A stretch of 32,000 bases of DNA from Candidatus Nitrosocaldus tengchongensis (GCA_013538675.1 JACAFJ010000009.1:6640-38639), one strand, 5' to 3'; shown: positions 9,351 to 18,408, counted from the first letter of the stretch. The notes: generated by a model not told the origin, from the letters alone. Translations and numbers: made by a program.

Positions 9351-10262
9351 TCATGGGAGAGATGCTAGGATAGGTAATGGATAATAGTATATGGAGTCAA
9401 GCATCAATGCTATAAATATTATCGCAAGGTATGGGCTTGAGAGCTTGTATGTACGCCATGCAACCTCCTTGCTTGTATTCCTAACAAGTCTAAGGTTGTA
9501 GTGTAGGAGCATCATACCAGCAACTATGGATGCTATCAGATACACTAACCCTAAGCCTAGAAATGCTACTGCGATGGAGTATGGTACAAGTACTATGGTA
9601 TTCACAAGTATGTACATTGCAGCCCTCTTATCCCCTACAAGTACAGGGAGCATAGGTACTCTAGCATTTGCGTACTCTTCCCTCCCAACTATGGATAGAC
9701 ACCAGAAGTGAGTTGGTGTCCATAGGAAGACTATGAGCCCAACTAGGAAGCCCAATGGGTCAAGGCTACCAGTTGCTGTTGCCCAGCCAGCGTATGACGC
9801 ACAGCTGCCAGCAAAGCCCCCTATCACTATGTTGGATGTATGCCTCCTCTTTAACCATACAGTGTATATTAGTACATAGAAGAGTATGCCTAGAGCGATG
9901 AAGAACGCTGCCATCATATTTAATGTGAATACTGCTATAACTACTGATGCTATGCTCATACTTAAACCATAGATTAGAGCATTCCCAGCCCTCATGATGC
10001 CAGAGGGTATTGGCCTCTTGCTAGTCCTAAGCATAAGGACATCTATATCCTTATCATAGTAATGGTTGAGTGCGCTTGAACCCATTGATGCCATGCTCCC
10101 AGCAAGGAGTAGAAAGGCTACATCCCATGAACTAACATTCCCCTTACTTGCTGCTAGAAGGGATGTTATGGCTACAAGATTCAGTACAGCAACTATCCTC
10201 AACTTTGATATTGCAAGGTAGCCCTTTAACCCCAACTTGTATAGCATTGAATACTCTAGCAT
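9351..10262 (-). CDS. ctaB: protoheme IX farnesyltransferase (heme O synthase), UbiA superfamily
   Basis: 303 aa and polytopic. Has NHYYDKDIDVLMLRTSKRPIPSG (the heme O synthase version of the UbiA Asp-rich motif) and a later FLWTPTHFW segment. Confidence 0.85.
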   Translation of the reverse strand: MLEYSMLYKLGLKGYLAISKLRIVAVLNLVAITSLLAASKGNVSSWDVAFLLLAGSMASMGSSALNHYYDKDIDVLMLRTSKRPIPSGIMRAGNALIYGLSMSIASVVIAVFTLNMMAAFFIALGILFYVLIYTVWLKRRHTSNIVIGGFAGSCASYAGWATATGSLDPLGFLVGLIVFLWTPTHFWCLSIVGREEYANARVPMLPVLVGDKRAAMYILVNTIVLVPYSIAVAFLGLGLVYLIASIVAGMMLLHYNLRLVRNTSKEVAWRTYKLSSPYLAIIFIALMLDSIYYYPLPILASLP

Positions 10263-10368
10263 TTAATCGTTAAGTGTATTACATACACCCAGCAGTTAGT
10301 TATCATACTAACCTTTCTATATCATGCTATAAAGATTTTTTATCTCGGTTAGGCTATATATCTACAGG

Positions 10369-11331
10369 ATGCCAAAGAGTTATTCCCTTGAGGAGGTCAA
10401 GCAGAGGATAATAGATGTGCTAAGACAATCAGACTCTGGGCTCTCTGGTATAGAGATAGCAGAGAGGACTGGAATAAACAGGGTTACCATAACCAAGTAC
10501 CTTAACATACTCGAGACCATGGGTATAATAAAGAGGAAGAGTATGGGTCCTGTGAACATATGGTATATACAGCATGGTATAGACCTGAACAACAAGGATC
10601 TTCTCGAGTTACAGCAGATATACATGGATGCTCTCTTTGCGTATGATGAGGATAGAGCCAGAACCATACTGCTTAATGCAATACACTCCAACATAGATCC
10701 TATACTGTTGATGAGCGATGTTGTTATACCAACCATCAACACTGCTGGGGAGTTGTATATAAGAGGGAAGATGAATGCTATGGATGTAACACTTCTTACC
10801 AATCTGGCAATGGAGTCTCTAGATCTAATAAAGTTCAACTCTGCTAGAGGAGATATGAAGAGGGATGCTTATGCTGTATTCATAAGCATGCATGAGAAGG
10901 GTAGAGAGGTTATGAATATGAAGGCAGCATCAATAGCATTCTACATAAAGGGTTGGAATACATTCCTATTAGGTAATGTTGCATCAGAGGCAGGACTCTT
11001 CCTCGACATAGATCTAGTTAGATTCATCAACAAGATATTGAGGGATAAGGGGAAGGGTATGATCCTCCTCTACATATCTGCAGCAAAGGATGAACTCCCA
11101 ACATTGAATGAGTTGATAAGATCTGTAAAGGAGAGTCTCGAGAGAAGTATACTCGTTATGGTTGGTGGAGGTAGAGTACTTGAGAGCAGAGATAAGGATA
11201 AGGATGATGGAGATAAGAATATAGGCGAGGGTGTAAAGGATGCAACGCCTCCATACATAGATTACTATGCAACGGATATAGTGAAGGCTATAGAATGGGC
11301 TGAGAGGATGTACAGGAGCCTAAAGTTCTAG
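10369..11331 (+). CDS. winged-helix DNA-binding domain fused to a putative cobalamin (B12)-binding module; transcription regulator candidate
   Basis: The N-terminus is wHTH-like (LSGIEIAERTGINRVTITKYLNILETMGIIKRK). The middle matches the B12-binding_2 helical-cap pattern (DEDRARTILLNAIHSNIDPILLMSDVVIPTINTAGELYIRGKMNAMDVTLLTNLAMESL). A Rossmann-like part follows, with SMHEKG at the DxHxxG position, ISAA at the SxL position and VMVGGG at the GG position. Confidence 0.5.
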   Translation: MPKSYSLEEVKQRIIDVLRQSDSGLSGIEIAERTGINRVTITKYLNILETMGIIKRKSMGPVNIWYIQHGIDLNNKDLLELQQIYMDALFAYDEDRARTILLNAIHSNIDPILLMSDVVIPTINTAGELYIRGKMNAMDVTLLTNLAMESLDLIKFNSARGDMKRDAYAVFISMHEKGREVMNMKAASIAFYIKGWNTFLLGNVASEAGLFLDIDLVRFINKILRDKGKGMILLYISAAKDELPTLNELIRSVKESLERSILVMVGGGRVLESRDKDKDDGDKNIGEGVKDATPPYIDYYATDIVKAIEWAERMYRSLKF

Positions 11332-11372
11332 ACCGTAATAATATTTAAAAAGAGACTATATGATAGAGATTT

Positions 11373-11867
11373 ATGCCTTACTGGCCGTATGGTAATGGAG
11401 TATTTGATAAATTCCTCAAGCGGTATAGACAAGTCATCCTCTTCAACAAGAACCTGCTCATATCTGGCACTGGAGGTTTCTTTGCCAGTGCGTACATCTC
11501 TCAGATGCATCTTGAGCATTATGCTGATAAACTTACAAACTCTATACTTGCATTAATGATGGAGTATGTAGCGTACATCCCGCTCTTTGTGCTACTATTC
11601 TACATTGATAATAGGAACAGGTATACAGATTCAGTAACTGGTAAGAGGAACTCAAAGGTAATAAAGGAGGATGTGAAGAAGCTCTTTGCAACATTCTCCG
11701 TTGCAGAGATCGTGTTTTCAGTAACCAGATTTGCAAGCCAGTATCAACTACTGCAAGTAGGAGGAGTAGAAGCGTATCAAGCATCCATGATGGGCTCCAT
11801 GATAGCTTGGGTAGCATTCTTTATAGCTATAAATCTTATGGTAAAACTGGTAAGATTGTTCAGATAA
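11373..11867 (+). CDS. small membrane protein (about 4 TM), function unknown
   Basis: 164-aa ORF with four hydrophobic segments. TATA-like AATATTTAAAAAG lies 21-33 nt upstream of the ATG. Confidence 0.5.
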   Translation: MPYWPYGNGVFDKFLKRYRQVILFNKNLLISGTGGFFASAYISQMHLEHYADKLTNSILALMMEYVAYIPLFVLLFYIDNRNRYTDSVTGKRNSKVIKEDVKKLFATFSVAEIVFSVTRFASQYQLLQVGGVEAYQASMMGSMIAWVAFFIAINLMVKLVRLFR

Positions 11868-11935
11868 GATGGATAGATAGATAGGTTGATGGTATAGATG
11901 GTTCTTATGTATATATCATAATAACCCTTTCTAAG

Positions 11936-13708
11936 TTATGTATTCTCATTCTCCTTAACCAATATATCGATAAGGCTCTTCTCTATCCTCTTGTTAACTA
12001 CTATGAACGTATCTAGTAGGAGGTATACGAATACTGCAACTGCTATCATCGATGCTGGCAATATTATATCCATGTTACCAAATGCTAGAGAGGGTATTAC
12101 GAATGATGTTATGATAAGCACTACTATGCTAAGCACTATGTTCCTCACCACTCTATGTAGGTGATCCATCCTACGTGTTACAACTGGATATCTTGCTATC
12201 CTCCTCTGTATCGATTCGAATATGGTATCTATCATCTCCCCTGCCCTACCGAATATGTTAAGTAGAGGATAGGCTATTACACCAACCATGAACACAACCT
12301 TGAATATGCTGTAAGGTAAGATCTTGAGGGAAGAGAATGTGTTGTACAGTAGTGATATGAGACCATCACTGAATAGTATTATTGTTATCATTGCTACTAT
12401 TATTGCTATGTTTAGCAGTAGCCTTGAGAATATCCTTCCTATTCTCAATGCACTATCCTTCTGCTGTATATTCTGGAGTATTCCTCGTGTAACTCTTGCA
12501 GGAGCCTCCAGCATGTTGAGCAATCTCACGGGTATGATGCTACTTGGATCAACTATGGTTGGTAATATCTTTGCAAATAATGGTATGATGAATATGCTTG
12601 CTAGAGAGATGAGCGTTGTTATAGGCATTATAGCCTCTCTAGTTGCATTGAGATCTACGCCTTGCTTTGCCATCACGAACGATAACTCTCCTCTAGGCAT
12701 CATCATTATCCCAACTGTAGATGCGCTATCCCTACCATAACCAACTATGCTTGTAGCAATGAAGTTACCTATGAACTTGCTTAGTATAGCGATAACTACT
12801 ATAGGTAGAGAGATGATCAGATTATCCAGTATTGCATTTACACTTATCAGCATCCCTATAGATATGAAGAATACAGTTCCAAATAGATCCCTTAATGGTA
12901 CAACCTTCTCAGTTATCACACCTGCTCTAGGCGATGAGGCTATCATCATACCCATGAGGAATGCGCCTATTGCCATGCTTAAACCTAGATAGTTTGCTAG
13001 CAATGCTAGACTGAAGCCCATAACTATAGCAAGGAGCAATGGAGCTTCATCCAGATCAAGTCTTGATACATACTCTACCAACCTAGGCACTGCCTTTAGT
13101 CCTATAACAAGTGTTATGATGAAGAATGTTAAACTCTGCCCAATTATGAGACCTATACTGAATAGATCTGCTGTACCACTCTTCACTATACCTGGGAGTA
13201 TAACAAGCAGTATTATGGAGAAGATATCCTCAACTATGCTTACTACTATTATGAACTCCCCTTCTCTTGTGTGAAGTATACCAGCATCCTTGAGTAGTTT
13301 AAGCACTATGGCAGTGCTAGTGATGCTTACTATCCCTGCAAGATACAGTGCTTCTATACTGCTGAATCCTATAGCAACTGCAACCATGAAGCCTAGGAAG
13401 AACGCTACGCCTATCTCAACAACAGCGCCGATTAACGCTACACCTCCTACCCTTCTGAACCTGTTTATATTCAACTCCAGTCCAACAACAAATACGAGCA
13501 GTATAACACCGATATCTGCTAGTAGATTGACTATCTGCACATCTGTAACAACCTTGAAACCATGTGGCCCTATAACCATACCAACAAGTATGAAACCTAT
13601 TACAGATGGTAGCCTAGCCTTCCTTGCTAATAGACTACCAAGTATGGCAGAGCCTAATAGGATGGTAAGCATGAGCATGAACTCCACTGATGATATGATG
13701 CTAACCAT
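11936..13708 (-). CDS. cation:proton antiporter (CPA2/Kef-type Na+/H+ exchanger family) with an extra C-terminal membrane domain
   Basis: 590 aa. The N-terminus (LGSLLARKARLPSVIGFILVGMVIGPHG) is typical of the sodium/hydrogen exchanger family, with many TM segments. The C-terminal ~200 aa is also hydrophobic rather than a TrkA-type soluble domain. Confidence 0.8.
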   Translation of the reverse strand: MVSIISSVEFMLMLTILLGSAILGSLLARKARLPSVIGFILVGMVIGPHGFKVVTDVQIVNLLADIGVILLVFVVGLELNINRFRRVGGVALIGAVVEIGVAFFLGFMVAVAIGFSSIEALYLAGIVSITSTAIVLKLLKDAGILHTREGEFIIVVSIVEDIFSIILLVILPGIVKSGTADLFSIGLIIGQSLTFFIITLVIGLKAVPRLVEYVSRLDLDEAPLLLAIVMGFSLALLANYLGLSMAIGAFLMGMMIASSPRAGVITEKVVPLRDLFGTVFFISIGMLISVNAILDNLIISLPIVVIAILSKFIGNFIATSIVGYGRDSASTVGIMMMPRGELSFVMAKQGVDLNATREAIMPITTLISLASIFIIPLFAKILPTIVDPSSIIPVRLLNMLEAPARVTRGILQNIQQKDSALRIGRIFSRLLLNIAIIVAMITIILFSDGLISLLYNTFSSLKILPYSIFKVVFMVGVIAYPLLNIFGRAGEMIDTIFESIQRRIARYPVVTRRMDHLHRVVRNIVLSIVVLIITSFVIPSLAFGNMDIILPASMIAVAVFVYLLLDTFIVVNKRIEKSLIDILVKENENT

Positions 13709-13751
13709 ACTCTTAATAAGTAGAAGAGGATATAAAAGTTAGGTAATTTGG

Positions 13752-14585
13752 ATGAACAGGTTCAAGCATATATATATTTACATGCTATCAGACAAAGTTG
13801 ATTACAATTCGATACTTACTTACCTTACTAGCATGATAAATTGTAATATAGAGAGTAGAGGTGCAGACGCATTGTACAAGTACGATCTGCGTGATGTTGC
13901 AAAGATGTATGCTAGATGCAAGGTTAATGATGTATTCAGGGAGACTGCTTATTCCAATGTATTAATAAGCGAAGATGATATAGAGTATGAATTGTCTATG
14001 CTTGATGGTTATCTTCAACCTAAGCCCAATACAGTATACGATGGGTTTTGTCTACAGGGCATCTATTCTAGCATGATCGATGTAGAGGAGAGTTCGCTGG
14101 ATAACGTGCATATAATCATGACAGATAGGTTGATAGCAACTTACAGTGAAGAGGATATGAGATACCATCTTAACACTGTAGTTCTAGGATATCCTAGCAT
14201 AGTGAGCATCAGTGGAATAGTTGAGGCACCAGCAAAGCCAAAAGAGTTCTACACACTATACTACTATTACTTGTCACAAGGAATAACCATTAACGTGGAT
14301 GAACTCAAGAGCATATTCAAGGATATGATACTTGAGCATGATGATCCAAGGCTAACAGACATAGTAAAGGGATACGTGATGCAAGCAGTATTCTACAGCA
14401 TATTGAATGATACGCCATTCTGTAATGAGAAGAGGTGCATACTTTATAATGCTCATTGGCAGGATGAGGTCATAGGGGCTCAGATAAGAGATGGAGGAGG
14501 ATTATGCAGAAAGCATAGGGAGGTGTTGGATGAATTCAATAGACTGCATAATACTGCCAATAGCAACAGTATCTTGACTAATTAA
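13752..14585 (+). CDS. hypothetical protein with archaemetzincin-like C-terminal region lacking the HExxH motif
   Basis: 277-aa ORF. The segment VMQAVFYSILNDTPFCNEKRCILYNAHW..GGLCRKHREVL lines up with the archaemetzincin signature HExxHxxGxxHC..x..C.M...C..C. The His/Glu positions are replaced and the Cys positions are partly kept. TATA-like GGATATAAAAG at 13728-13738 suggests the start may be the ATG at 13782. Confidence 0.4.
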   Translation: MNRFKHIYIYMLSDKVDYNSILTYLTSMINCNIESRGADALYKYDLRDVAKMYARCKVNDVFRETAYSNVLISEDDIEYELSMLDGYLQPKPNTVYDGFCLQGIYSSMIDVEESSLDNVHIIMTDRLIATYSEEDMRYHLNTVVLGYPSIVSISGIVEAPAKPKEFYTLYYYYLSQGITINVDELKSIFKDMILEHDDPRLTDIVKGYVMQAVFYSILNDTPFCNEKRCILYNAHWQDEVIGAQIRDGGGLCRKHREVLDEFNRLHNTANSNSILTN

Positions 14586-14603
14586 TCTACTAGTATAAAT
14601 CAT

Positions 14604-15428
14604 CTATACCACACTATCATCATCTTCATCCATTACTCCCCCTTCTTCTCCTCTTCCTCCTCTTCCCTTCCTATCCCTATCCTCATCATCTCTTCTCTCC
14701 CTTCTCTTTGCAAAGTTCTCATCAATACTCTCAGCAAGCCTATCCAATTCATCTAGGTTACCAAACTTGAGATAGGTTAACCTCTCCAATGCTTGTATAA
14801 TATTCTTTGCTGCTCTATACTGTGGTATCCTAGGATCGTCTATCTCACCATAGAGTCCTATACCATGTATACCGTTCATCTTAGCAAAGCCTAGTATGAG
14901 ACCATTGAATCCAGTTATAAGTGATGAACCGTGTGTAGGATACAATCCAACCCTTGCTATACTCTCTGTTAGCATAGGACTTGTTGTGGTTACAAGAACC
15001 CTAGGGTTCTTGCCTACAGTTCCATCTACGAGGAATGCACCAACTGTATACATGAACTGCACTGAGTACATCTTTGCAACATCTATCACATCTTGGCATA
15101 GTATGTATAGGTCACTGCTAGACTCTGGCTGGCCTACAGAACCTCCAAATACTATTATCCTCTCAGCATGTCTATACTCCCACATAACCTGCTCAAACTC
15201 TATGTATCCTCCCTTATCTATAACATATGGAGGGTAATGTGCATGTACAACCCTGAACGGTCTTGTCTTGAGTGTCTTGTTTATAAAGTCTATCACTATA
15301 CTGCCTACATTACCCATATCCTGCATAGCTGCCATCATTATTGGATTTTTACCTGCAAGGTCTGGCTCTTGCAGATTCTCAAAGTGCATAGCATAATTTT
15401 GTTTGTGCCAATAATAACTCTTTCCCAT
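14604..15428 (-). CDS. PAC2-family proteasome assembly chaperone homologue
   Basis: 274 aa. The layout and motifs (NPIMMAAMQDMGNVGSIVIDFI..VVHAHYPPYV..GLILGFAKMNGIHGIGLYGEI) fit the archaeal PAC2/COG1938 family as I remember it. The C-terminal tail is highly charged. Confidence 0.6.
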   Translation of the reverse strand: MGKSYYWHKQNYAMHFENLQEPDLAGKNPIMMAAMQDMGNVGSIVIDFINKTLKTRPFRVVHAHYPPYVIDKGGYIEFEQVMWEYRHAERIIVFGGSVGQPESSSDLYILCQDVIDVAKMYSVQFMYTVGAFLVDGTVGKNPRVLVTTTSPMLTESIARVGLYPTHGSSLITGFNGLILGFAKMNGIHGIGLYGEIDDPRIPQYRAAKNIIQALERLTYLKFGNLDELDRLAESIDENFAKRRERRDDEDRDRKGRGGRGEEGGVMDEDDDSVV

Positions 15429-15509
15429 CGTGTTATATCTGCTCTATACCTATATCTCGCTAGATAGGTATAGATAATTACATCATACAACTAGATTAAA
15501 TCAAATCAA

Positions 15510-16340
15510 TCAAGTACCTAACTCCATACTCATGAACTCAAGTATATTCCTCATCCTCAAACAATCAAGCTCAAGTAATGGGGATTCACATATTATAGTT
15601 ATACCTAACCTTCTTCTTACTATCTCTAACGCTAATGGCTCGAACTGTGGCTCCCCTATCGGTCTATGAACATCAACGTATCTATAGCCTTTCCTTGCAA
15701 GTCCTGTAAAGTGTGCATTTATGTACTCTAACCCAGCATCAAGCAATCTATCTATTATGTGTGCATAGTCTATCCTGCCATTGTTCCTAGCAAATATGTG
15801 TGCAAAGTCCACATATGGTCTAACCCAACCATTCAGATCCTTGTAGAGCCTCAATACCTCATCCAGTGTCCCAAACTGGTTCTTCCTTGCCATGGTCTCA
15901 GCTCCAAGCCTTACATTCCTTATACCTATGCTCCTCATCTCATCCACTATGGACTCGTAACCTGCTCTAACCATTGCATACGCCTCTTCCCTACTCCTCT
16001 TCCCGTAGAATGCAGAGTGTACTGCTACTATATCAGCATGCATAGCCTCTCCCCTCACTACACACTCGAGTATCCTACGCCTAGATCTCCTTATCACATC
16101 TGTATCCTCCGAGCATAGGTTTATGTAGTAGGGTGCATGTATCGATAACCTTATGCCCAACTCCTCTGCTAATCTCCCAAGGTATCTACTCTCCTCCATG
16201 TTAAGGTATATGCTATTAGCGAAGTCAAGTTCTAGAGCGTTGAGCCCAAGCTCGCTAAGCCTCTTCAAACCAGCTTCCAAACCATGACTCCTGCTAGAGA
16301 CTGGGAAGCCTTGGGTCCCTATGTATACCCTCATGTACAT
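15510..16340 (-). CDS. xylose-isomerase-like TIM-barrel protein, endonuclease IV (AP endonuclease 2) family-like
   Basis: 276 aa. Has SIHAPYYINLCS, ADIVAVHSAFYG, RLGAETM, VDFAHIFA, INAHFTG, VDVHRPIGE and IICESP. These correspond to the spaced metal-ligand motifs of Nfo-type enzymes. Confidence 0.6.
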   Translation of the reverse strand: MYMRVYIGTQGFPVSSRSHGLEAGLKRLSELGLNALELDFANSIYLNMEESRYLGRLAEELGIRLSIHAPYYINLCSEDTDVIRRSRRRILECVVRGEAMHADIVAVHSAFYGKRSREEAYAMVRAGYESIVDEMRSIGIRNVRLGAETMARKNQFGTLDEVLRLYKDLNGWVRPYVDFAHIFARNNGRIDYAHIIDRLLDAGLEYINAHFTGLARKGYRYVDVHRPIGEPQFEPLALEIVRRRLGITIICESPLLELDCLRMRNILEFMSMELGT

Positions 16341-16447
16341 AAATAAGTACTCGCTCGCATATTTACGATTCTACCACCATGAAGGCATATTGTGCCTTTC
16401 CACATTCCATAGCAGTAATACCTCCAGAATATAATTAATTAATAACC

Positions 16448-16861
16448 TCACCTCATCCCTCCTATCATACCAGGAGCCTTGGGCATACTCCTGTACTCCT
16501 TCATTATATGTATGCTTGGTTCTGCAGTAACAACAACGTACTCCTTGTTTGCATCATCTCTAGGAGAGAGGGATACCTTCTCTCCAGGCTTTATCCTTGG
16601 TATGAAGTCCTTGTATGTACCATAATCAACCACAACGTTTGTAATATCGTTCCTACCAGTGTTTGTAATGATAACCCTGTATATGTCCATGACGTCTATC
16701 CTATCCTTGAACGCATCAACCTCGAGTGCATAATCCTGGTTAGAGTAGGGTATGAGCATCAAGAATGCTGTTAGCATAGCAGTGCCCATGGCAGCAGCAC
16801 CTACTATTAGGTAGAGCAGCATAACATTATAATCCATAAAGTTAGATTTAACATTTATCAT
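16448..16861 (-). CDS. N-terminally membrane-anchored protein, function unknown (weak CARDB-like beta-sandwich pattern)
   Basis: 137-aa ORF with a TM segment (LLYLIVGAAAMGTAMLTAFLMLI) followed by VIITNTGRNDITNVVVDYG..IKPGEKVSLSP. The start could instead be the internal ATG at 16837. Confidence 0.45.
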   Translation of the reverse strand: MINVKSNFMDYNVMLLYLIVGAAAMGTAMLTAFLMLIPYSNQDYALEVDAFKDRIDVMDIYRVIITNTGRNDITNVVVDYGTYKDFIPRIKPGEKVSLSPRDDANKEYVVVTAEPSIHIMKEYRSMPKAPGMIGGMR

Positions 16862-16937
16862 CTTGGAACAAACATACCCTCATATTCTATCTGACCTAAC
16901 CATTATAGTTATATTTAAGTTAGTTTTAGTATATGTG

Positions 16938-17135
16938 ATGATGAAGAACTACAGTATGCTTGCAGTACTAGCCATAGTAGCTGTAGCAGCAATAGCAGCA
17001 GTTATGCCAAGTGCATATGCCCAGACATGGGGTAGGCCTGACTCTATGATAATTGCAGGGTTACCACTGATAGTTGGTCTAGGCACTGGCATAGTGTACT
17101 TTATAGTACTATCTGCAAGAAGATCTAGGAGGTAA
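16938..17135 (+). CDS. 65-aa membrane peptide: signal-peptide-like N-terminus, one TM helix, RRSRR tail
   Basis: In-frame ATG at 16938 within track ORF 16863..17135 (TTG start). TATA-like TTATATTTAAG at 16908-16918 lies 20-30 nt upstream of 16938. The sequence is MMKNYSMLAVLAIVAVAAIAAVMPSAYA/QTWGRPDSM/IIAGLPLIVGLGTGIVYFIVL/SARRSRR, and a T-rich tract follows the stop. Confidence 0.4.
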   Translation: MMKNYSMLAVLAIVAVAAIAAVMPSAYAQTWGRPDSMIIAGLPLIVGLGTGIVYFIVLSARRSRR

Positions 17136-17341
17136 AGAACTGGCTTATTTATTTATTATATTTCTTATTTTGTTATCCTCTTCCATTATGAGTAGAGATG
17201 GTGAGTTATAAGTATGCATATATCATCTTTTGGTGGTAGTGCTGGTATCAACTATGCTACACTATTCTATATGATGGAATAACAGTAGAATAATAGTAGT
17301 TATATTAAATAACAAAAAGATGGTGGGTATTATTGTTATCT

Positions 17342-17995
17342 TTAATCCCACTTGCTCCACGCAGCGGCCCATCTGTACGTCCATGTATTCAGCTTTGCTC
17401 CCAAGGCTGCCATTGGAACGCTTATAACAGCACTAATACCTGCTGCTAGGGCTACTGGACTGTTGTAGAACTTGCCTACCTGAGGCTCGATTGGTGTTAG
17501 GTATGCTGGTAGTGTTGGTCTTGGGTACTTGAATGCCATCTCTAGAGGATCATGCACTGTTAGCAGGTTTATCATGTTGAAGAGTGGCATTGATAGACCA
17601 ACTAGAGATCCTCCTATGAGTATCGCTGCATGCTTGTTCCTTCTAGTTGCCCAGTATGATAGATCCAATAGCATAGCACTTGGTATCCATACTGGAACTA
17701 TCATGAAGTCGTATGGGTAGCCTAATCCTCCAATCCAGGCCCACTTTGCAACCCAGGTGTAGATGGTCATTATCGTTGCATAGTAAGTTGCTGTGCCAGG
17801 TACTCCTGTGAATAACATGTAGTATATGGCACCAACTACGAGCATGGTTGACTGGCTCAGATTGAAGATCACAAAGGATGTCCACATCCAGTCAGAGTAG
17901 AATATGTAGTCCCCAGCATTGATGGTCAGCAGCGTTGAGTTCACTGCAACTACCACTATGAACAGGTAGTGTATTGTGCGCCTAATCCAGACCAT
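17342..17995 (-). CDS. amoA: ammonia monooxygenase subunit A (archaeal)
   Basis: 217 aa, near-identical over long stretches to archaeal AmoA as I know it (HYLFIVVVAVNSTLLTINAGDYIFY..SQSTMLVVGAIYYMLFTGVPGTATYYATIMTIYTWVAK..WIPSAMLLDLSYWATRRNKHAA..EMAFKYPRPTLP..IEPQVGKFYNSPVAL..ALGAKLNTWTYRW). Confidence 0.98.
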   Translation of the reverse strand: MVWIRRTIHYLFIVVVAVNSTLLTINAGDYIFYSDWMWTSFVIFNLSQSTMLVVGAIYYMLFTGVPGTATYYATIMTIYTWVAKWAWIGGLGYPYDFMIVPVWIPSAMLLDLSYWATRRNKHAAILIGGSLVGLSMPLFNMINLLTVHDPLEMAFKYPRPTLPAYLTPIEPQVGKFYNSPVALAAGISAVISVPMAALGAKLNTWTYRWAAAWSKWD

Positions 17996-18014
17996 TAGAA
18001 TAATGTACTATACC

Positions 18015-18027
18015 CATATATATAAAA
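18015..18027 (-). promoter_or_regulatory. putative amoA TATA box
   Basis: The minus strand reads TTTTATATATAT, ending about 20-25 nt upstream of the amoA ATG (17995). Confidence 0.4.
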
Positions 18028-18057
18028 CTTACTCTAGGTTAATGCTAATAAATTATT

Positions 18058-18082
18058 AGAATAAAAATAAAATTAAGAAATA
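18058..18082 (-). terminator. putative amoX terminator (T-rich tract)
   Basis: The minus strand reads TATTTCTTAATTTTATTTTTATTCT just after the amoX stop. Confidence 0.35.
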
Positions 18083-18091
18083 TTTATAATT

Positions 18092-18352
18092 CTAGGGGAT
18101 GGCTGGCTTCTCCATGGCAACTTTCCAGATGAAGATGAATCCAAAGGCAATTATGACCGTTAGCACAGTCAGCGCATACATCCCAGAACTGAATGGGTAT
18201 GCCCATGAATAGTATGTAAACCCTACCCAGACACCAAATGCTGTTGCTGCCCACGCCATTATTGCCCCAATTATGTACAAACCCTTCATATGCTCTGTTC
18301 TCTTGCCTATCATCCTCTCTATCTCATCCTTGGGCGCCTCTTTCTTTGACAT
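18092..18352 (-). CDS. amoX: AmoX, small two-TM protein conserved between amoA and amoC in ammonia-oxidising archaea
   Basis: 86 aa with two TM helices. Its position between amoA and amoC is the conserved place of amoX. It has its own TATA-like box and T-tract. Confidence 0.8.
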   Translation of the reverse strand: MSKKEAPKDEIERMIGKRTEHMKGLYIIGAIMAWAATAFGVWVGFTYYSWAYPFSSGMYALTVLTVIIAFGFIFIWKVAMEKPAIP

Positions 18353-18374
18353 TAAGAATAATAAAACATATGCA

Positions 18375-18382
18375 TTATTAAA
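18375..18382 (-). promoter_or_regulatory. putative amoX TATA box
   Basis: The minus strand reads TTTAATAA, 23-30 nt upstream of the amoX ATG (18352). Confidence 0.35.
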
Positions 18383-18408
18383 GTTTACTTTTGATCTCTT
18401 GCTAGGTA

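Noticed and set aside
16863-16937. TTG-initiated 5' extension of the small ORF next to amoA
   Set aside because: The extension would begin 2 nt from the divergent gene start and would include the TATA-like box at 16908-16918. The ATG at 16938 gives a sensible signal-peptide-like N-terminus.
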